A stretch of 63,314 nt of DNA, counting the filler, from Nemertoderma westbladi (taxonomy: Eukaryota; Animalia; Xenacoelomorpha): NCBI GenBank assembly GCA_032718475.1. It is 3 parts of 3 records of this genome, joined end to end, with 100 filler letters (N's around TTAATTAATTAA, not from the genome) between each part and the next. Parts side by side here need not be neighbours in the genome. Positions count along the whole stretch, not along the records: positions 1 to 28,703 come from JAUCBJ010002697.1; positions 28,804 to 52,041 come from JAUCBJ010003367.1; 1 more part is not named here. One strand, given 5' to 3'. Every line of letters starts with the position of its first letter. Position 1 is the stretch's first letter. The translations under genes were made by a program, and so were the position numbers. The notes under the pieces are model-generated. The model did not search any database, was not told the origin of the DNA, and saw only the letters and a list, made by a program, of their open reading frames with translations. This document shows, in pieces, positions 21,544 through 36,000 of this stretch.

Positions 21544-22983
21544 GATTATTCGCTATTAATGTGGTATTAGTTGGAAGTATTATTATTCCTGTATAGCTGA
21601 AACTGAAAATACATTACGTGAGCGTGGAGAGTTATAAATTAAAACAAAAATCATGGCAGTTTCGTGCCTATTAGGAACCCTGACACACATTGCTTCTACC
21701 CGTCTAGATACTATAGGGTCAGAACTACAGTAGGTTCAGAAATTGCAAATGCACACTAATTAACTAGTATCCAACTTATTCTGTACGACGCCCTGTAGTG
21801 ACTCACTTCTGCGGTGAATCACTTTAAGTTAAATTATCATTGATTGATTAAATCCCACACCAATAATATTGATTATATTCGCAATCAAATAGGATAAAAT
21901 ACTTAAAACTTCAACAATAGGCATATATTTTCTAATATATGTATATTAATAAACAAAATGCTAATACAAAAAACTGCAAATTACCCCGCCTAAACATAAC
22001 AGGACGTGAATAACAATAATAAAATACAATAATAAAGACTTTATTAACAATAATAAACACTTTATTAACAATAATAAACATAACAATAATAACAAAGCAC
22101 ATAAACTAACCCTACTACAGTACTACTACACTACAGTACATCATGCCCCGGAATAATGTCGCCTTTCAGGTACCTAACACCACCCCCAAAAAAAGTGTTT
22201 GAAAAAGGTGTCTCTGGCGATATTTCACCAGTTACACTGCAGTTCATATTCTTCAACCTTATAGTGATTTGTTGGTACTGATGGAAAGCTGGCCCTGTAG
22301 GGCCTAATAATTCCAAATATGTAACATAATCTGAATTTCGTTGAAAAATAGCTGAGATCTGATCGTTCTAAAGTTTCATGGTTTTGCACCTGCGCAAGGT
22401 TATTTTATTATATGAAATAAAAACATCATATTCAAGAACATATTGCTAATGTAAGAATAGCTACATTATAGTATAATTTAGAAGCATTGGATTGTTGCCC
22501 AGCTACTTATGCGATAAACAAAATGTTCCAGAACATGGTACCGGTATATTTATTAAAGGCAGTGATTTTTTATGTCCTTTTATTATACTTTTTTTGTCCT
22601 CCTTTTTTTACGAATTGTGCATAATGACTTTTGTTGTCCCTTTAATGACTTATGTTGTCCTTTTAATGACTTTTTATGTATGTATTTCTTCAAACTGTCA
22701 GACTGCTGATTTCTGGACTGTCAGACAGTTGATTTCAACATCCCTATGCCAAAACATTCAAAATTTGTTGATTTCTGGTCTGTCGGACAGTTGGTTTCAC
22801 TATGCCTGTGCCAAAACATTCCATGATTTCATGATTTACAATTTATAGACTATGAGATAGATTTCCATATGCGCCTGTGGTAAAAGACTCTAAATTTAAT
22901 AGTTTGTGGTTGTTGTCGATAATCGATTACCACATGACGTAGCAAAACACTCATTTTATAGCCAAAAACAATTACCAATTGAT

Positions 22984-24178
22984 GGAAAGGAGCAGGTTAA
23001 GGCCGGATTTTCTAACCAAAACAATAAACAGTCACTTTACCAAATGAAGCAAAGGAGCAGGTTACAGAGGCGGGCCTTTCTAACCAAAACAATAAACGAT
23101 CATTTAACTAATTGAGGGAAAGGAGCGGGTTACAGAGGCGGGATTTTCTAACCAAAACAATAAGCAGTCACTTTACCAAATCATGGAAAGGAGCAGGTTA
23201 CAGAGACGGGATTTTCAAACCAAAACAATAAACGATAACATTACCAATTGAGATAAAGGAGCAGGTTACAGAGGCGGGTTTTTCTAACCAAAACAATAAA
23301 CAGTCACTTTACCAAATCAGGGAAAGGAGCAGGTTATAGAGACGGGATTTTCTAACCAAAACAATAAACGATCACTTAACTAATTGAGGGAAAGGAGCAG
23401 GTTACAGAGGCGGGATTTTCTAACCAAAACAATAAACGATCACTTAACTAATTGAAGGAAAGGGTCAGGTTACAGAGGCGGAATTTTCTAACCAAAACAA
23501 TAAACGATCACTTAACTAATTGAGGGAAAGGAGCAGGTTACAGAGGCGGGATTTTCTAACCAAAACAATAAACGATCATTTAACTAATTGAGGGAAAGGG
23601 GCAGGTTACAGAGGCGGAATTTTCTAACCAAAACAATAAACGATCATTTAACTAATTGAGGGAAGGGGGCAGGTTACAGAGGCGGGATTTTCTAACCAAA
23701 ACAATAAACAGTCACTTTACTAAATGAAGGAAAGGAGCAGGTTACAGAGGCGGGCCTTTCTAACCAAAACAATAAACGGTCACTTTACCAAATCAGGGAA
23801 AGGAGCAGGTTACAGAGACGGGACTTTCTAACCAAAACAATAAACGATAATTTAACTAATTGAGGGAAAGGGGCAGGTTACAGAGGCGGGATTTTCTAAC
23901 CAAAACAATAAACAGTCATTTTACTAAATGAAGGAAATGAGCAGGTTACAGAGGCGGGCCTTTCTAACCAAAACAATAAACGGTATCTTTGCCGAATCAG
24001 GGAAAGGAGCAGGTTACAGAGGCGGGTTCTAACCAAAATAATAAACAGTCACTTTACTAAATGAAGGAAAGGAACCGGTTACAGAGGCGGGCCTTTCTAA
24101 CCAAAACAATAAACGGTCACTTTACCAATCCAGGGAAAGGAGCAGGTTACAGAGGCGGAATTTTCTAACCAAAACAAC
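22984..24178. repeat. 67-68-bp minisatellite, ~18 units (AAAGGAGCAGGTTACAGAGGCGGGATTTTCTAACCAAAACAATAAAC...)
   Basis: Tandem periodicity; core shared with the MITE arm at 520-600 and with dispersed copies. Confidence 0.95.
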
Positions 24179-24741
24179 CGGTCAGCCGGTAGGCCTACCA
24201 GTACCGCATTTAAATGGTAGGCTACACAGTAGGCCTACACAGCAGTACCGGTACCGGTACTAAAATACCTGCTTTATACCTACATCTGTACATACAATAC
24301 TACAAAATAGTGCTCTATATACTAATACCGGTATTGATAGCCTGAGAGAAAGAGCAGTAGAGAAACCGGTAGCATGGAACCTATCGGAAAATTTCTGGAG
24401 GACATAAAAAGTAAAAAAAAAAAAGGACAAAAAAAGGATTTAAACGGACAATAAAAATTATTGCGTTTATTAAATAGAATAAATGGCCTGCGGGGGGAAA
24501 CATGTGACGGGAGTGAGTTGGTTCGGCTCCAAACCGTGGACTGTTGGGCTGTTAGTTTGCTACTCGCTAGCCTAGCTTATCTGGATGACTGCCGGGTGTG
24601 GTTGTGGAAAATTAGTTTTGTTTTATCGGTTGTGCGGTATATATTTCTGATTGTACAATACTGACTGATGGAGAGATGCTAGACCGGTAGAATCCATCTA
24701 CAGCGCTAGAGGGTTAGGAGAAGGGGGGGGGGGGGGGGAAA

Positions 24742-24860
24742 CTGGACGCAAATCCCGCCTTGGCGAATTAATATCCCGCCTTGGCGAATTAATATCCCGC
24801 CTCAATGTTAAATTCTCAATTTAGGGAAAGGAGCAGGTTACAGTGGCACGTTATTTTAAC
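24742..24860. repeat. Dispersed repeat with an inverted copy at ~60779-60878
   Basis: CTGGACGCAAATCCC..TTGGCGAATTAATATCCCGC..TCAATGTTAAATTCTCAATTTAG..AGGTTACAGTGGCACGTTATTTTAAC matches the reverse complement near 60780-60878; both abut poly-G/C tracts. Confidence 0.8.
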
Positions 24861-26071
24861 AAAAACAATAAACTAAACACAATAGAACAGGTTACTGTTT
24901 TATTTTTGAGAGTAATCAGCTGTTATTTGCGTCGAACTCCCCCCTGGCATAGCCAACGCCAGCTGATTGTCAAGTGTAAATTGATCATGCACCAATGGCA
25001 GAATGGTGGCCTTAGAGTTAATTCGCCCTTATTCATTGGTTGTTTAACAGCACGCCACATTTTCCCTCTTGGGCTTTATTGGGTTGCACGTGCTGTGAGT
25101 GAGGTAATTAGCTCACTTACTAGCCCGATGCTGTTTCCAGCCAATATTAAATTGGCCCCCGACCCACTTTGTAATGGGAGTAAGTGTAATTGGGGGGGGG
25201 GGGGGGGGGGGGGGGGTACACCATTTTCGAACAACTCCTCGATTTATCACTCTCAGCGTTTCAAAATTGTTTGGTTTTGGCTAAAATTTTGAATATAGGT
25301 GCCTGATGCTATTCTATATGACAGGTCAGAAAATTTATTTTCGCTATTTAATATTAGTTAATACTAGTTAACAATAAAAAAAAACTTTGGTTGCGCTCTA
25401 ATCACATGAAAGTTTTTTTATATGTTATATCAAAGATGGGGCAACATAAATATCAGGCGAAATTTTGTGAAAATAATTCTGCACTGCTAGGTGGCGCTGC
25501 TAATTTATGCCAATTTTTAGGTTTGTTATAAATAGTATTAAATTTTATTAACAAAAAATTTCGAAAAGTTGTCTGAAACTTTTATGCAGGGTGGCTATGT
25601 AGACACCCACAGAAAGTTTCAGACTAATTGCTCAAAAATTGTAGAAGTAGTAGGGTTTTGAAGTTGACAAATTCATAAAAAAAAATATTTGGAGGTAATC
25701 GGCCTTTCATTATACATAGTAATAGAAATTTCAATAGGATTCCCTAAATGGAAATTGTTATATTATATTATCGACATATTTTGGACCAAAATGGTGTAAC
25801 CCCCCCCCCCCCCTTAATAAAAAAAAAAGGCTACACCACAAAAAAGGATACACCAAAATTGATTGAAAATTTCTCCAAAAAATTATATTACACCAATTTA
25901 AATAATGTCACCCCAAAAAAAATTATTTAACACCAAATAAAATAAAGTCACCCCAAATAATATTATTCAAACACCAAAATAAATTTTTCAACACCATAAA
26001 CAATTATTCAATACCAAAATAAATAAATGCTCCCCAAAACCAATTTATTCACATCAAAATAAATTACCAAA

Positions 26072-26280
26072 CCCACAAAATAAATACAAATTTTCCCAAA
26101 ATAAATACATAATCCCCAAAATAAATACATAATCCCCAAAATAAATACATAATCCCCAAAAATAAATACATACAGTATTATTCCCACAAAATAAATACAT
26201 ATTTTCTCTAAAATAAATACATTTATTCCACCAAAATATATCCTTATTCCCCCAAATAATAAAATATTCTACCAAAATAA
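26072..26280. repeat. ~20-bp degenerate minisatellite (CCCCAAAATAAATACATAAT)
   Basis: Tandem periodicity. Confidence 0.8.
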
Positions 26281-26760
26281 ACAGCAGAGACTCTTACTTA
26301 CTGACTATCAGTTGCACACTATTGGTACAAGGATCGTCGTGTGAGTACAAAACAAAGACCAAAGACCCATGACTTTACTGCCCGTTCTGTACAAAACAAA
26401 GAGGTAAAGTCGCATTAGGTCCCAAAGAGCGTTAGGTCCCATTGCCATTTAAAGGAGCAGGTTAGTAAATGAGCAGGTTACAGAGGCGTGTTCGGGGAAC
26501 CAAAACAATAAACGAAAGTTAACACATGTTACAAGATTATGCAGGTTAATTAATTAGGCCATTTGTCTTTGTTTTGTACTCACCCCATATAACCACTCAA
26601 TTAATTGTATTAATTTATAACTACAATTTATATACAATAGGGGCGATCCTCGCAGAAGTAGATACGTGCACTTATGTTTGGGTTCTCGGCATCATGTCTC
26701 CCAAATTTGGTGAACCACAGCTTTCTTATTTTTATTCCACGCGGAGCACTTACAAATTGA

Positions 26761-27560
26761 TGTACACCGAAATCCGCCCGCACATCCCATCTTTATCCAC
26801 ATCTTTATCCCACCTGTGTCCTGTTACAGGGTGCAAGGAATTATGTGGCTATGGGTAAAGAAAATACTTAGCTGTAGTGGAGTTCAACAAGGTGGATCCC
26901 CTTGGCCCCCTGGGTTTTGCCATAACCATACAGCCACTGGCCATTAGGATCAGGGAAGATATAACCAACTTACAGTCTGGATTGTATCTGGACGATGGTA
27001 CCATTTCTGGATCCCCCTCGGACTTATTGAAGGCATTAGAAATGATCGAATCAATAGGTCCTTCCATTGGTCTATCCTTAAATCATGGGAAATCACAGGT
27101 ATTCGCCCCTCACGGTGCTGACAGAGAGTCTTAACTCACTTCCACAGTCAATCCCTGTCATTTCAAGCGGTCTAACTCTGTTAGGGTCTTCCATCGGCAC
27201 GCAGCCATACTGCCTGCAATGAGGTTGTTTTGCAACGGGTAAGCAAAGTGCGGGATATATCATTGCCCGAATGCCTGACGTAAAAGACTCCCAGATGGAG
27301 ACTGCGCTGTTACTGTCGTGTCTGCCCTTACCCAAGGTCGTGTTTGCTCCCTCTGAGTTTGATGACACCCACCATCAGGGAGGCCTTGTCAGATATAGTA
27401 GGTGGGTCTATGTCTGACTGGTCCTGGCTAAAGCCAATGCATGGCCTAAGCCTACGTAAGGCTGCAGACCACGCCCCAGCAGCATATGTTGCTTCAGCCT
27501 GCCAGTCGCACAATCTAGGTAGCCGAATCCTCGGCCAACCCCACAACTATTGTGCCTATC
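26761..27560 (+). mobile_element. Decayed reverse transcriptase fragment, CRE-like non-LTR retrotransposon
   Basis: Frameshifted SCSGVQQG/DPLGPLGFA...LYLDDGTISG...IGLSLNHGKS...LTLLGSSIG; multiple stops and frameshifts. Confidence 0.7.
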
Positions 27561-27796
27561 TAGGAAACAGAAGGATAGACACCGACATGAATTTTTGCCC
27601 AATTTACTAATTTTAATTGTGCGCTAAGGCTCGGCCTGACTATGTAGCTCACCCCACATTACAAACTAACAGTTAATGTTTGCTTATTGTCTGGGAGAGG
27701 GTGACTGAGTAAACCGGTAGGGTGCAATCTTCGTCCGCGTCGAACCTTCGCCCGATTGGGGGAAAGGAGCAGGTTACAGACAGGATAGGTTAGAAA

Positions 27797-28438
27797 CAAT
27801 GTCCTTCAAAGCGGAGGCGACTATGTTCTAGTGTCCAGCTTGGGGGAACCAATGAGACACCTCCAATGTTACATAGTGTCTGGTTGGAGATGTGTGCATT
27901 GTACTTGACACAATGAACCCGGCGTAGCATTCTAGTGAATGTGCCACCCAGAGATTTGGTGTCCTCTGCAGTTAGAGCCCAGCATGGACTCCCATAGAGG
28001 AGTACTGGAACTACTGCTGCTCTAAATAATCGGACCTGAAGTTTCCGATTAATTCTCGGTGACTTCCAAATCCTGGAAAGCCTTCAAGGCTGCCCATGCC
28101 TTTCCCTTACGTATTCGAAGGTCCTCATCTGACTTCCGGATCCATGATCCCAGGTAACAGAAGTCATCCACATGCTCAAGCATACCATCCTTTGAGCTTA
28201 TGCTCATCCGGTCAGATACTTGCTGAGGACTTTCAAAGTTAACTGTCAAAATTTTGGTCTTTCTGGAGTTAATCAAAAGACCAACACTGTTCAGCCTGTT
28301 CTAATGAGCTGAGCTGCCGTTGGGCTCCCTCTAGTGATTCTGAGAGTACTCCTAAGTCATCAGCAAAGTCTAGATCTGTTAGGTACTTGGCAGGATTTCC
28401 TTGACTTCTGGAGCCAGTAGGTGGAGTTATCATCACCC
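27797..28438 (-). mobile_element. RTE-like LINE fragment (RT C-terminal half)
   Basis: LDFADDL, LEHVDDFCYLGSWI, DLRIRKGKAW; near-identical to 53417-53752 and homologous to 1900-2035. Confidence 0.85.
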
Positions 28439-28703
28439 TCAGAATAGGTTACAGAGACGAATTTTTCCAACCAAAACAATAAACGAGGTTATTGACACTT
28501 ATTCTGAGGGCGAAGATTGCTCGCGGGCGAATCTTTTTCCTGGGCGAAGTTTGCTGCATCTCAGTAAACCCAGCCTTAATAAAACTTGGCAAGTAATATG
28601 GTCGTTTATATCGGTAGTTTGGGCCTATCCATTCAATAGCATTCGTTACTAAGTCATCACTATCATTTTTTCATGAGCATCAGCTCTGGTGTTTCTATCA
28701 TTG

Positions 28704-28803
28704 NNNNNNNNNNNNNNNNNNNNNNNNNNNNNNNNNNNNNNNNNNNNTTAATTAATTAANNNNNNNNNNNNNNNNNNNNNNNNNNNNNNNNNNNNNNNNN
28801 NNN
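28704..28803. other. Artificial assembly spacer N44-TTAATTAATTAA-N44
   Basis: Exactly 100 nt with a six-frame-stop 12-mer; identical structure at 52042-52141. Confidence 0.95.
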
Positions 28804-31800
28804 TTATAAACCAAAATTTGTCCTATTTTATGGCTGATAAACACTGTATTAAATATATAATATTTTGAAGATGATTACAGTACGAATACGAATTAAACGT
28901 GTCACTTCATCTCTTTGTGTTTTCCTTTATGGGCCGTTTATAACCGCCATGACCACGAAATGGTTCCAGTTTGGTAGATTAGAATATTATAGGATGCAAT
29001 TCATTAAAAAGTAAATAATTATAATATCTTAAACACAGTGAATCACTCACTAATATTGTAACTAAAATCGTATATAATTGATATTATTCTCTCAGTGCCA
29101 TCTTTGGTACTACGGATGATCTGGTTGCCAACATAATATATATAATTGTAATTTCAGGTATTTATTAAATATATACAATTAATATATATTTATTATTCCT
29201 ATCGATACCGGGTGCTTGTTTAGTTGCGGTTAACGTATACTTATAAACAATGGACCAATTAAATCAACATTATTCTAGAATAATATAATCTTGAAAACAT
29301 TATTTTTTTATCACATTGGTAGTAAAAATAAACGTTAGTGAATGATAGTGGAAGTAAGAGTGGAATTAACCGCGTTTTTTTTCAAATTAATTTTATATAT
29401 ATATTATTATAAGTTATTAAGTATACGTACTATGTATGTATTTATATAATTCGGCCAAAATATACATACAACACTGAAGATTGCTTAGATTGATGATTGT
29501 CGGAAGTGTTTAGAATACTCCAGACCTCTCCACATCGCCGTTACTAACTACTCACTGCCTTGTCTTTACCTAACAATTACTTGAGTTGTAACCCTTAAGT
29601 CTTAACGTTGTATCTCTAAGCGTAATGTGCTACATAACATGTCTGGGTCTACGTAAATTCATATTTATTATTGTTTCAAGTTTCCACTATATAAAACCAT
29701 TTTGCATAAGTTTATTTTTCTTTTTCTCATTATCCTCTAAACAACTGAGTTTCATTTTGTGCTGTTTTGTATAATTGAATCCTGGCCATCTGGAGTTCCC
29801 GATATATAAATATGCGACTTCTGTAATTACTAATAATGTATTATATATTTAGTCGGAATTGTAATTCTCATTATTTTATTGTTGTATTATTACGCAGGGC
29901 ACTTTCGGTGGTATATTTCCAGTTGGGGTGCTACTTTGATTTCGCGAATATTTGATTTCGTTGCTCTACATTAACAGTTAAGGTGCGTGTTTCACATATT
30001 AATGGAAAGGATCAGGTTACAGTGTCGGGTTTTTCTAACCAGATCGATATACTAAATTTAGGAACGCAGTTTAGAACAAAAATTTCCTTGAGGTACCGGT
30101 ACTAATAAAAAATGCAAAACACTATAAAAAATCTACCCATGCAGCACCCTACTTGTCAGGTTGTAGCAGCACCCTAATTGGAAATCTACCGCGCGGTGGA
30201 ACGTTACCTAGCAATATGAACGCCAACTTCCTAGCAAGTATAAATGTTTTCATTAATCGTAACTAATGATTTACCTTCATGCGACGATAATTATAGGTTA
30301 GGTTGTTATTTATTTTTCGGAATTAAACTCAATCTTATGATCACCCCCACCGACCCTTTTCTCGTCCAGTCTAGTAGTGTGTGTTAATACGGTTCACTTT
30401 ATTTATTTAACACTAACTAATAACGGTATCAATATGTAAGAGTTAGAGTTCTTGGTAAGTTATTTAATATGTCGAACTTGATTAAATTATTTTTTGGTGC
30501 AATTGATTGTTTAATTAATTGTTGGTTCCCCTTTGCACTACCGTTATCTTTCTCACCCGTTGTGCATTGAATATTTATTGATGGTCTTATGGGTCGAGCC
30601 ATGCACCGAGCGAAGCCATTCTATGATATATCTACAATCACTTATTCGTTTAAGTGAGAGAAATCCAATTTTTCAGTTTAAATGCTTTTCACTATTTTGA
30701 GGAAATGCCGTCTATGCCGATATTACTAAATTATTTGATTATTTATTACATGATTATAAAGTATAATTTTTTTTCACTTTTTCGTACGCTATCGAGGTTA
30801 ATAAAGAATTATGAGTTAGTGTCAAAAAAAACATTTTCCCTTGTGATATTGAATTTTTTATTGGTACTTTTTTTCTTTGTTCTTTAATTGAAAATAGAAA
30901 GAAATAGTGTCATAAATAAAATATAAATCACATTGCTTCCATAGTTACTACGATTCGAATTGTTGTACCTTTTAATAACAACTCCTGATGCTCCTTTACT
31001 AAATGTTAAATATTATTAAATTACTTATTATAATTACTATAATAATAATTATTATTATTATTTAGTATCGTGCAGCTGCAGACGCTAAAGTTGTAATAAC
31101 TGTTTAGTGTTTGGATGGATATGGCTCAACTTACGTGACATCTTTTTTAGCTCAATACGAAACATTTCTAGGTCTTTCATTGGTTTTTTTAACCGCAAGT
31201 TCCTTTAGATTGAATGGGAAATTATTTTATATTAAAGTAAGTAACTTTCTTGCCCGTGGGGCGTAAAAATTATCCCAATTCGACACTTGATTGTTTTTTT
31301 TCCTATTGAATATATCAGTTATTCTACCAGTTAGTTACAACAAAACTTGGACCATGTTCATAAATTGTGTACTACCCAGTACACTTAGAACGTTTTTCTC
31401 AGAATATCTACTCTTTTAATACGTAGGCAGAATTCTTCGAAATTGTTAACTACTAACTATTATCACTAACTATTTTCATAATTGTGCGATAAGTAGCACT
31501 TTTTCAGCTTTATTACCCTAGTATATCGAGCGAGCGCAGCGAGGGAGAGTTACATAAATATTTATGATATACATACAGGGGTCATACACGCTGAATAATG
31601 TCATTTTCATAAATGATGTACGTAATTTTGTTACTTTATGTCAATTTATCGGCGTTCTTAAAGCTTAATTATTAACTTTCATATTGTAATGTATAGGAAT
31701 ATTAATGAAATTCATATCCATTTTATGCAATTAATTGCAGATGTTAGTGTAATCAACTGTACCGTAAAGGTACATACGGTAAACAATCTTACAGTACACT

Positions 31801-31967
31801 TAGCCTGCTATGACTATCATCAATGAATAATACTAGGTGTTCTAGAAGTTCATTGTTATATTCTAAGTTAGTGATTACTTTGCAACAACGTTCAGTCCTT
31901 TAGGCCACAATGCTGCAAAGAGATTCCTTGCTGCGTTACGAGGATATCATGAGAACGCTCACAAATT

Positions 31968-32223
31968 GGCCCATGTGAAGAATACCAGACTTTCAGCCGT
32001 TATATTTCACTTTGCAGTTACCCCCATGTGAAGAATACCAGGTTTTCACCAAAAACCCAGGTTACAGAAGGGCTGAATCTAACCAAAACAATAAACGAAT
32101 TAGTATATGTACAGGTTATAAGACAGAAATAAAGATAAATAAAAAAAATAAAAAATCTTCATATATAAAATTCCAATACAAAGTCGACCGAAAAGTGAAA
32201 TTCTGGTATTCTTCACATGGGCG
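31968..32223. mobile_element. ~256-bp MITE private to copy A
   Basis: TIR GCCCATGTGAAGAATACCAGA / TCTGGTATTCTTCACATGGGC; TSD CACAAATT(G); empty site in copy B at ~42665. Confidence 0.9.
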
Positions 32224-33015
32224 CACAAATTGACATATTTTCGATGCTATTTATAGAGCTATGTTCTAGAAATCCGTGGTTATATAGATATGCTTCCAGG
32301 TTTGTCATCATAAGTCTCCACGAACGTGTTGGTATTGAGTGCAGAGCGGATGCACGCTTAGTGTTATCTGTTCAAAATGGTTACACAATGTAGTGTTTTG
32401 AATGTTTTTTAATTCCCTTTATTGTCTTATTAATGCATTGAAGATTGTAATACTTATTATTGCCTTTGTATATTATAAATTTCTGACACTAAATATACAT
32501 TTTTTGTAATGTCCTGGAAGTCAGCATGCGAATTTATTACTCTAATTTGAATTTATTGAGAAATTCGATCTCATATTACAATAAAAAATAAGTATAGTTG
32601 TAAACAATGATCTCACTCTCACCAAGGAGTGAGTGAGTGTCTGCCATGTTATGAAATCGAAGGAAACACAAAAAACTACAACTACAATTCGCGCCTAATC
32701 GCCATATGGTTAATGAAAGTACCGCGACAAATAAAAGTGAAATTAAATTAGTCTAGACTGTGCCTTATATTACCAGGTAGGTTAGGGAATAATGAAAACT
32801 TGTTAAATGCATTAATTGTCTCATTACGTTTATATTGACATGGTTGTTGCTCTTGAAATACGTGGCATTATTTAGGTTGAAGTTAACTTAAAGCATTCAG
32901 TTTAATATTCTTCCGACATCCCGTCTTTAACCCTCGGCATGACTAGCACTACAACAATGTAACCAAACTGAAAGAGTTTGTTGTTCTATTCGCCCGGGGT
33001 AACACAGAGTCCTCA

Positions 33016-36000
33016 CTACCGGTTCTCTTTAAGTGTTGACCCTTGAGTTCCTACGGACTTGTCCCGCGAACTGCATCCAGTCGAGGAGTGTCTCTTGGTT
33101 GATGTCCTTGACTCACTATTTGTTGATCGAAGTTTCATTGTTCCGTTATAATTTATTGCCTCTGTTTTGGCGTGTTGGGTATTTCGTGTTTCTTTTTCAC
33201 CGTTTTGGGAAATTTGTGCTTTTGTTTTTCTAGACAGAATTAAATCGCCAGTTGCAGCCATACGAACCTTCATCTCTGACATATCGTTAGACATTGGTTT
33301 TTTATTCGGATTATTTTTTATCAACTCACCATCGATGTAATCGTCCCATTGTAAACTGTTGACGTCTCTAGCAGGAAGAAACACCATTGAATTCTCTGGT
33401 GTTGGCGAATCTGATGATTCTAATTCTTCGGGAATGGAAGTGAGTGTGTATTGCGTGGATGACCTCTGATGTTCTGCTGTGTCTGGATCATAATATGACT
33501 CAGACAATAAATAATTTATGCTATTGATGTGTTCTGAGTCAATAAAATTCATATAAATATCATCGCTTTGAGATTGGCTAATAGGGTTTTGGTGTTCGGG
33601 TTTGCGGCTCGGGTTCGGGTTCAAGATACTTGAGATATTCCATCCTTCCCCTTTATTTATTGCACATTCTACTCGATATGGGATATCGTTCTCTAGCCAG
33701 ATATCATCTTCTGGTGAGATATCATTATCTGGCAAGATATTATTCTCTTGCGAGATATTCCCTGACGTGATATCATTCTCTGGCGCGATATCATCCTCCT
33801 GCAAGATATCATTATCTGGTTGCATGTCATTATCTGGTGTGATGTCATTATCTGGTGTGATATCATTCTCTGGCAAGATATCATTATCTGGTTGGATATC
33901 ATTATTGTTATCTTCTGCAGTACTTTTAATTATACTTTGCCGTTTGTTAAGAACCGCCGTAGACTGTGTATTATTTCGATATGTATTCAGAGGGTTATAT
34001 TGAAAAATATCGAGACATGAAAAATATCGAGAGTAAAAATAACGCGAGTAAAAACATCGAGTGTTGAAAAATAACGATAATATCGAGAGTTCAAAAAATA
34101 TCGAGAGTAAAAATATCGAGGGTAAAAATATCGAGAGTAAAAATACCGAGTGTTGAAAAATATCGAGAGTAAAAATATCGAGAGTAAAAATATCGAGTGT
34201 TGAAAAATATCGAGAGTAAAAATATCGAGTGTTGAAAAATATCGAGAGTAAAAATATCGAGTGTTGAAAAATATCGAGAGTAAAAATATCGAGTGTTGAA
34301 AAATATCGAGAGTAAAAATATCGAGTGTTGAAAAATATCGAGTGTTGAAAAATATCGAGTGTTGAAAAATATCGAGTGTTGAAAAATATCGAGTGTTGAA
34401 AAATATCGAGAGTAAAAATATCGAGTGTTGAAAAATATAGAATGTTGAAAAATATCGAGAGTAAAAATATCGATAGTAACAATTTTTTTAAATAAGGGTT
34501 GTATGATAATTTTTTTACTAAAAATGTTCTAGAACAACAATATTTATCAACATTTGGTAGCTTATAAGGTACGTGTTCTAATATAATATTTAACAATATT
34601 TATAATATTTATCAAAATTTATAGCTAGCTCTTCTTTTATAATATTTATTAAAAAAATAGCAAAAACTAGCTAGTATAATAAATCTGGTAAATGGGTACC
34701 CAAGGTGTATTACTGTACATAATGCCATTCACTTGCACTGTTTTAACCCATGCACTGCAATATTGTTCCATAATTCTAAATAAAATGCTCAAGTAAAATG
34801 CAATATTTTTACTCTCGATATTTTTCAACACTCGATATTTTTCAACACTCGATATTTTTACTCTCGATGTTTTTCAACACTCGATATTTTTACTCTCGAT
34901 ATTTTTCAACACTCGATATTTTTACTCTCGATATTTTTAATCTCGATATTTTTCAACACTCGATATTTTTCAACACTCGATATTTTTACTCTCGATATTT
35001 TTCAACACTCGTTATTTTTCAACACTCGATATTTTTACTCTCGATATTTTTCAACACTCGATATTTTTACTCTCGATATTTTTCAACACTCGATATTTTT
35101 ACTCTCGATATTTTTCAACACTCGATATTTTTACTCTCGATATTTTTCAACACTCGATATTTTTCAACACTCGTTATTTTCGATATTTTTCATCTCGTGT
35201 TATTTTTACTCTCGATATTTTTTAATCACGTTAATTTTCAACACTCGTTATTTTTACTCTCGATATTTTTACTCTCGTTATTTTTACTCTCGATATTATT
35301 CAAGTCTCGATATTTTTCACCATTACCATTCAGAGTCATATTGATTTCTTTAACTGAACTTGTTTGAAGAGACTGACTCAACTTTAGTTGTCCATTTCTA
35401 GTTTGTATCGTGTTTGGTGAATCATTTCTTACAGTCCGCCGTCTTTTGGGTGATTCTGATACTGGCGTTGCTGTGACCGGAATGCTTTGATTAGGTAGAT
35501 TATCCTTTATAGACCTGCAAGCATAACAAAAGCCCCGAGGTCGGCTAGCCAGTAATACACGTTCATCTCTTTTATTTCGTAATTCTCTAAACTCTGGTTC
35601 CTGCAACGTTTCTGCGCAATAATTATATTTGGCAAGTTCATATCTAGGATTTACTGTCACGGGTTCTGTGGAATGTTTAGTTAAATGAGTGACTGGTTTT
35701 AATCTTTTTTTTGTTAGTTATTGGGCGCGGCTTATGTGAGTATCCATCACCAATCAATTTCTTCTTTCGGCTGTTAACATTAATCACAGTATTTATATAA
35801 ACTCCGATACCGGTGTTGGACGATAGAGGTGCATTCGAGTAACTCCTTGGAATAAAAGTCTCCTTTGCTTTCAATGCTACGTACTTGTGTTGATGTTTCA
35901 GTTCCTGAGGTGACCCCACTTCCCTCCCATCTACGTGGAATATTCTGTTAAAACGAATTCGATTACTTCCGTAAAAGCTCATATTTATTGACTTTATCGC

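Noticed and set aside
22984-24178. CRISPR-like look (conserved ~47 bp plus ~20-bp variable part)
   Set aside because: The variable parts are a few recurring related variants, not unique spacers; eukaryotic context with no cas genes
28748-28759. TTAATTAATTAA palindrome inside N-runs (also 52086-52097)
   Set aside because: Symmetric 44+12+44 layout is a synthetic six-frame-stop linker; adjacency across it is not guaranteed
33016-34596. 526-aa ORF as a real protein (and 34798-35367)
   Set aside because: Its N-terminal part is the translated foldback arm, fused by chance to the broken DCX-gene exon
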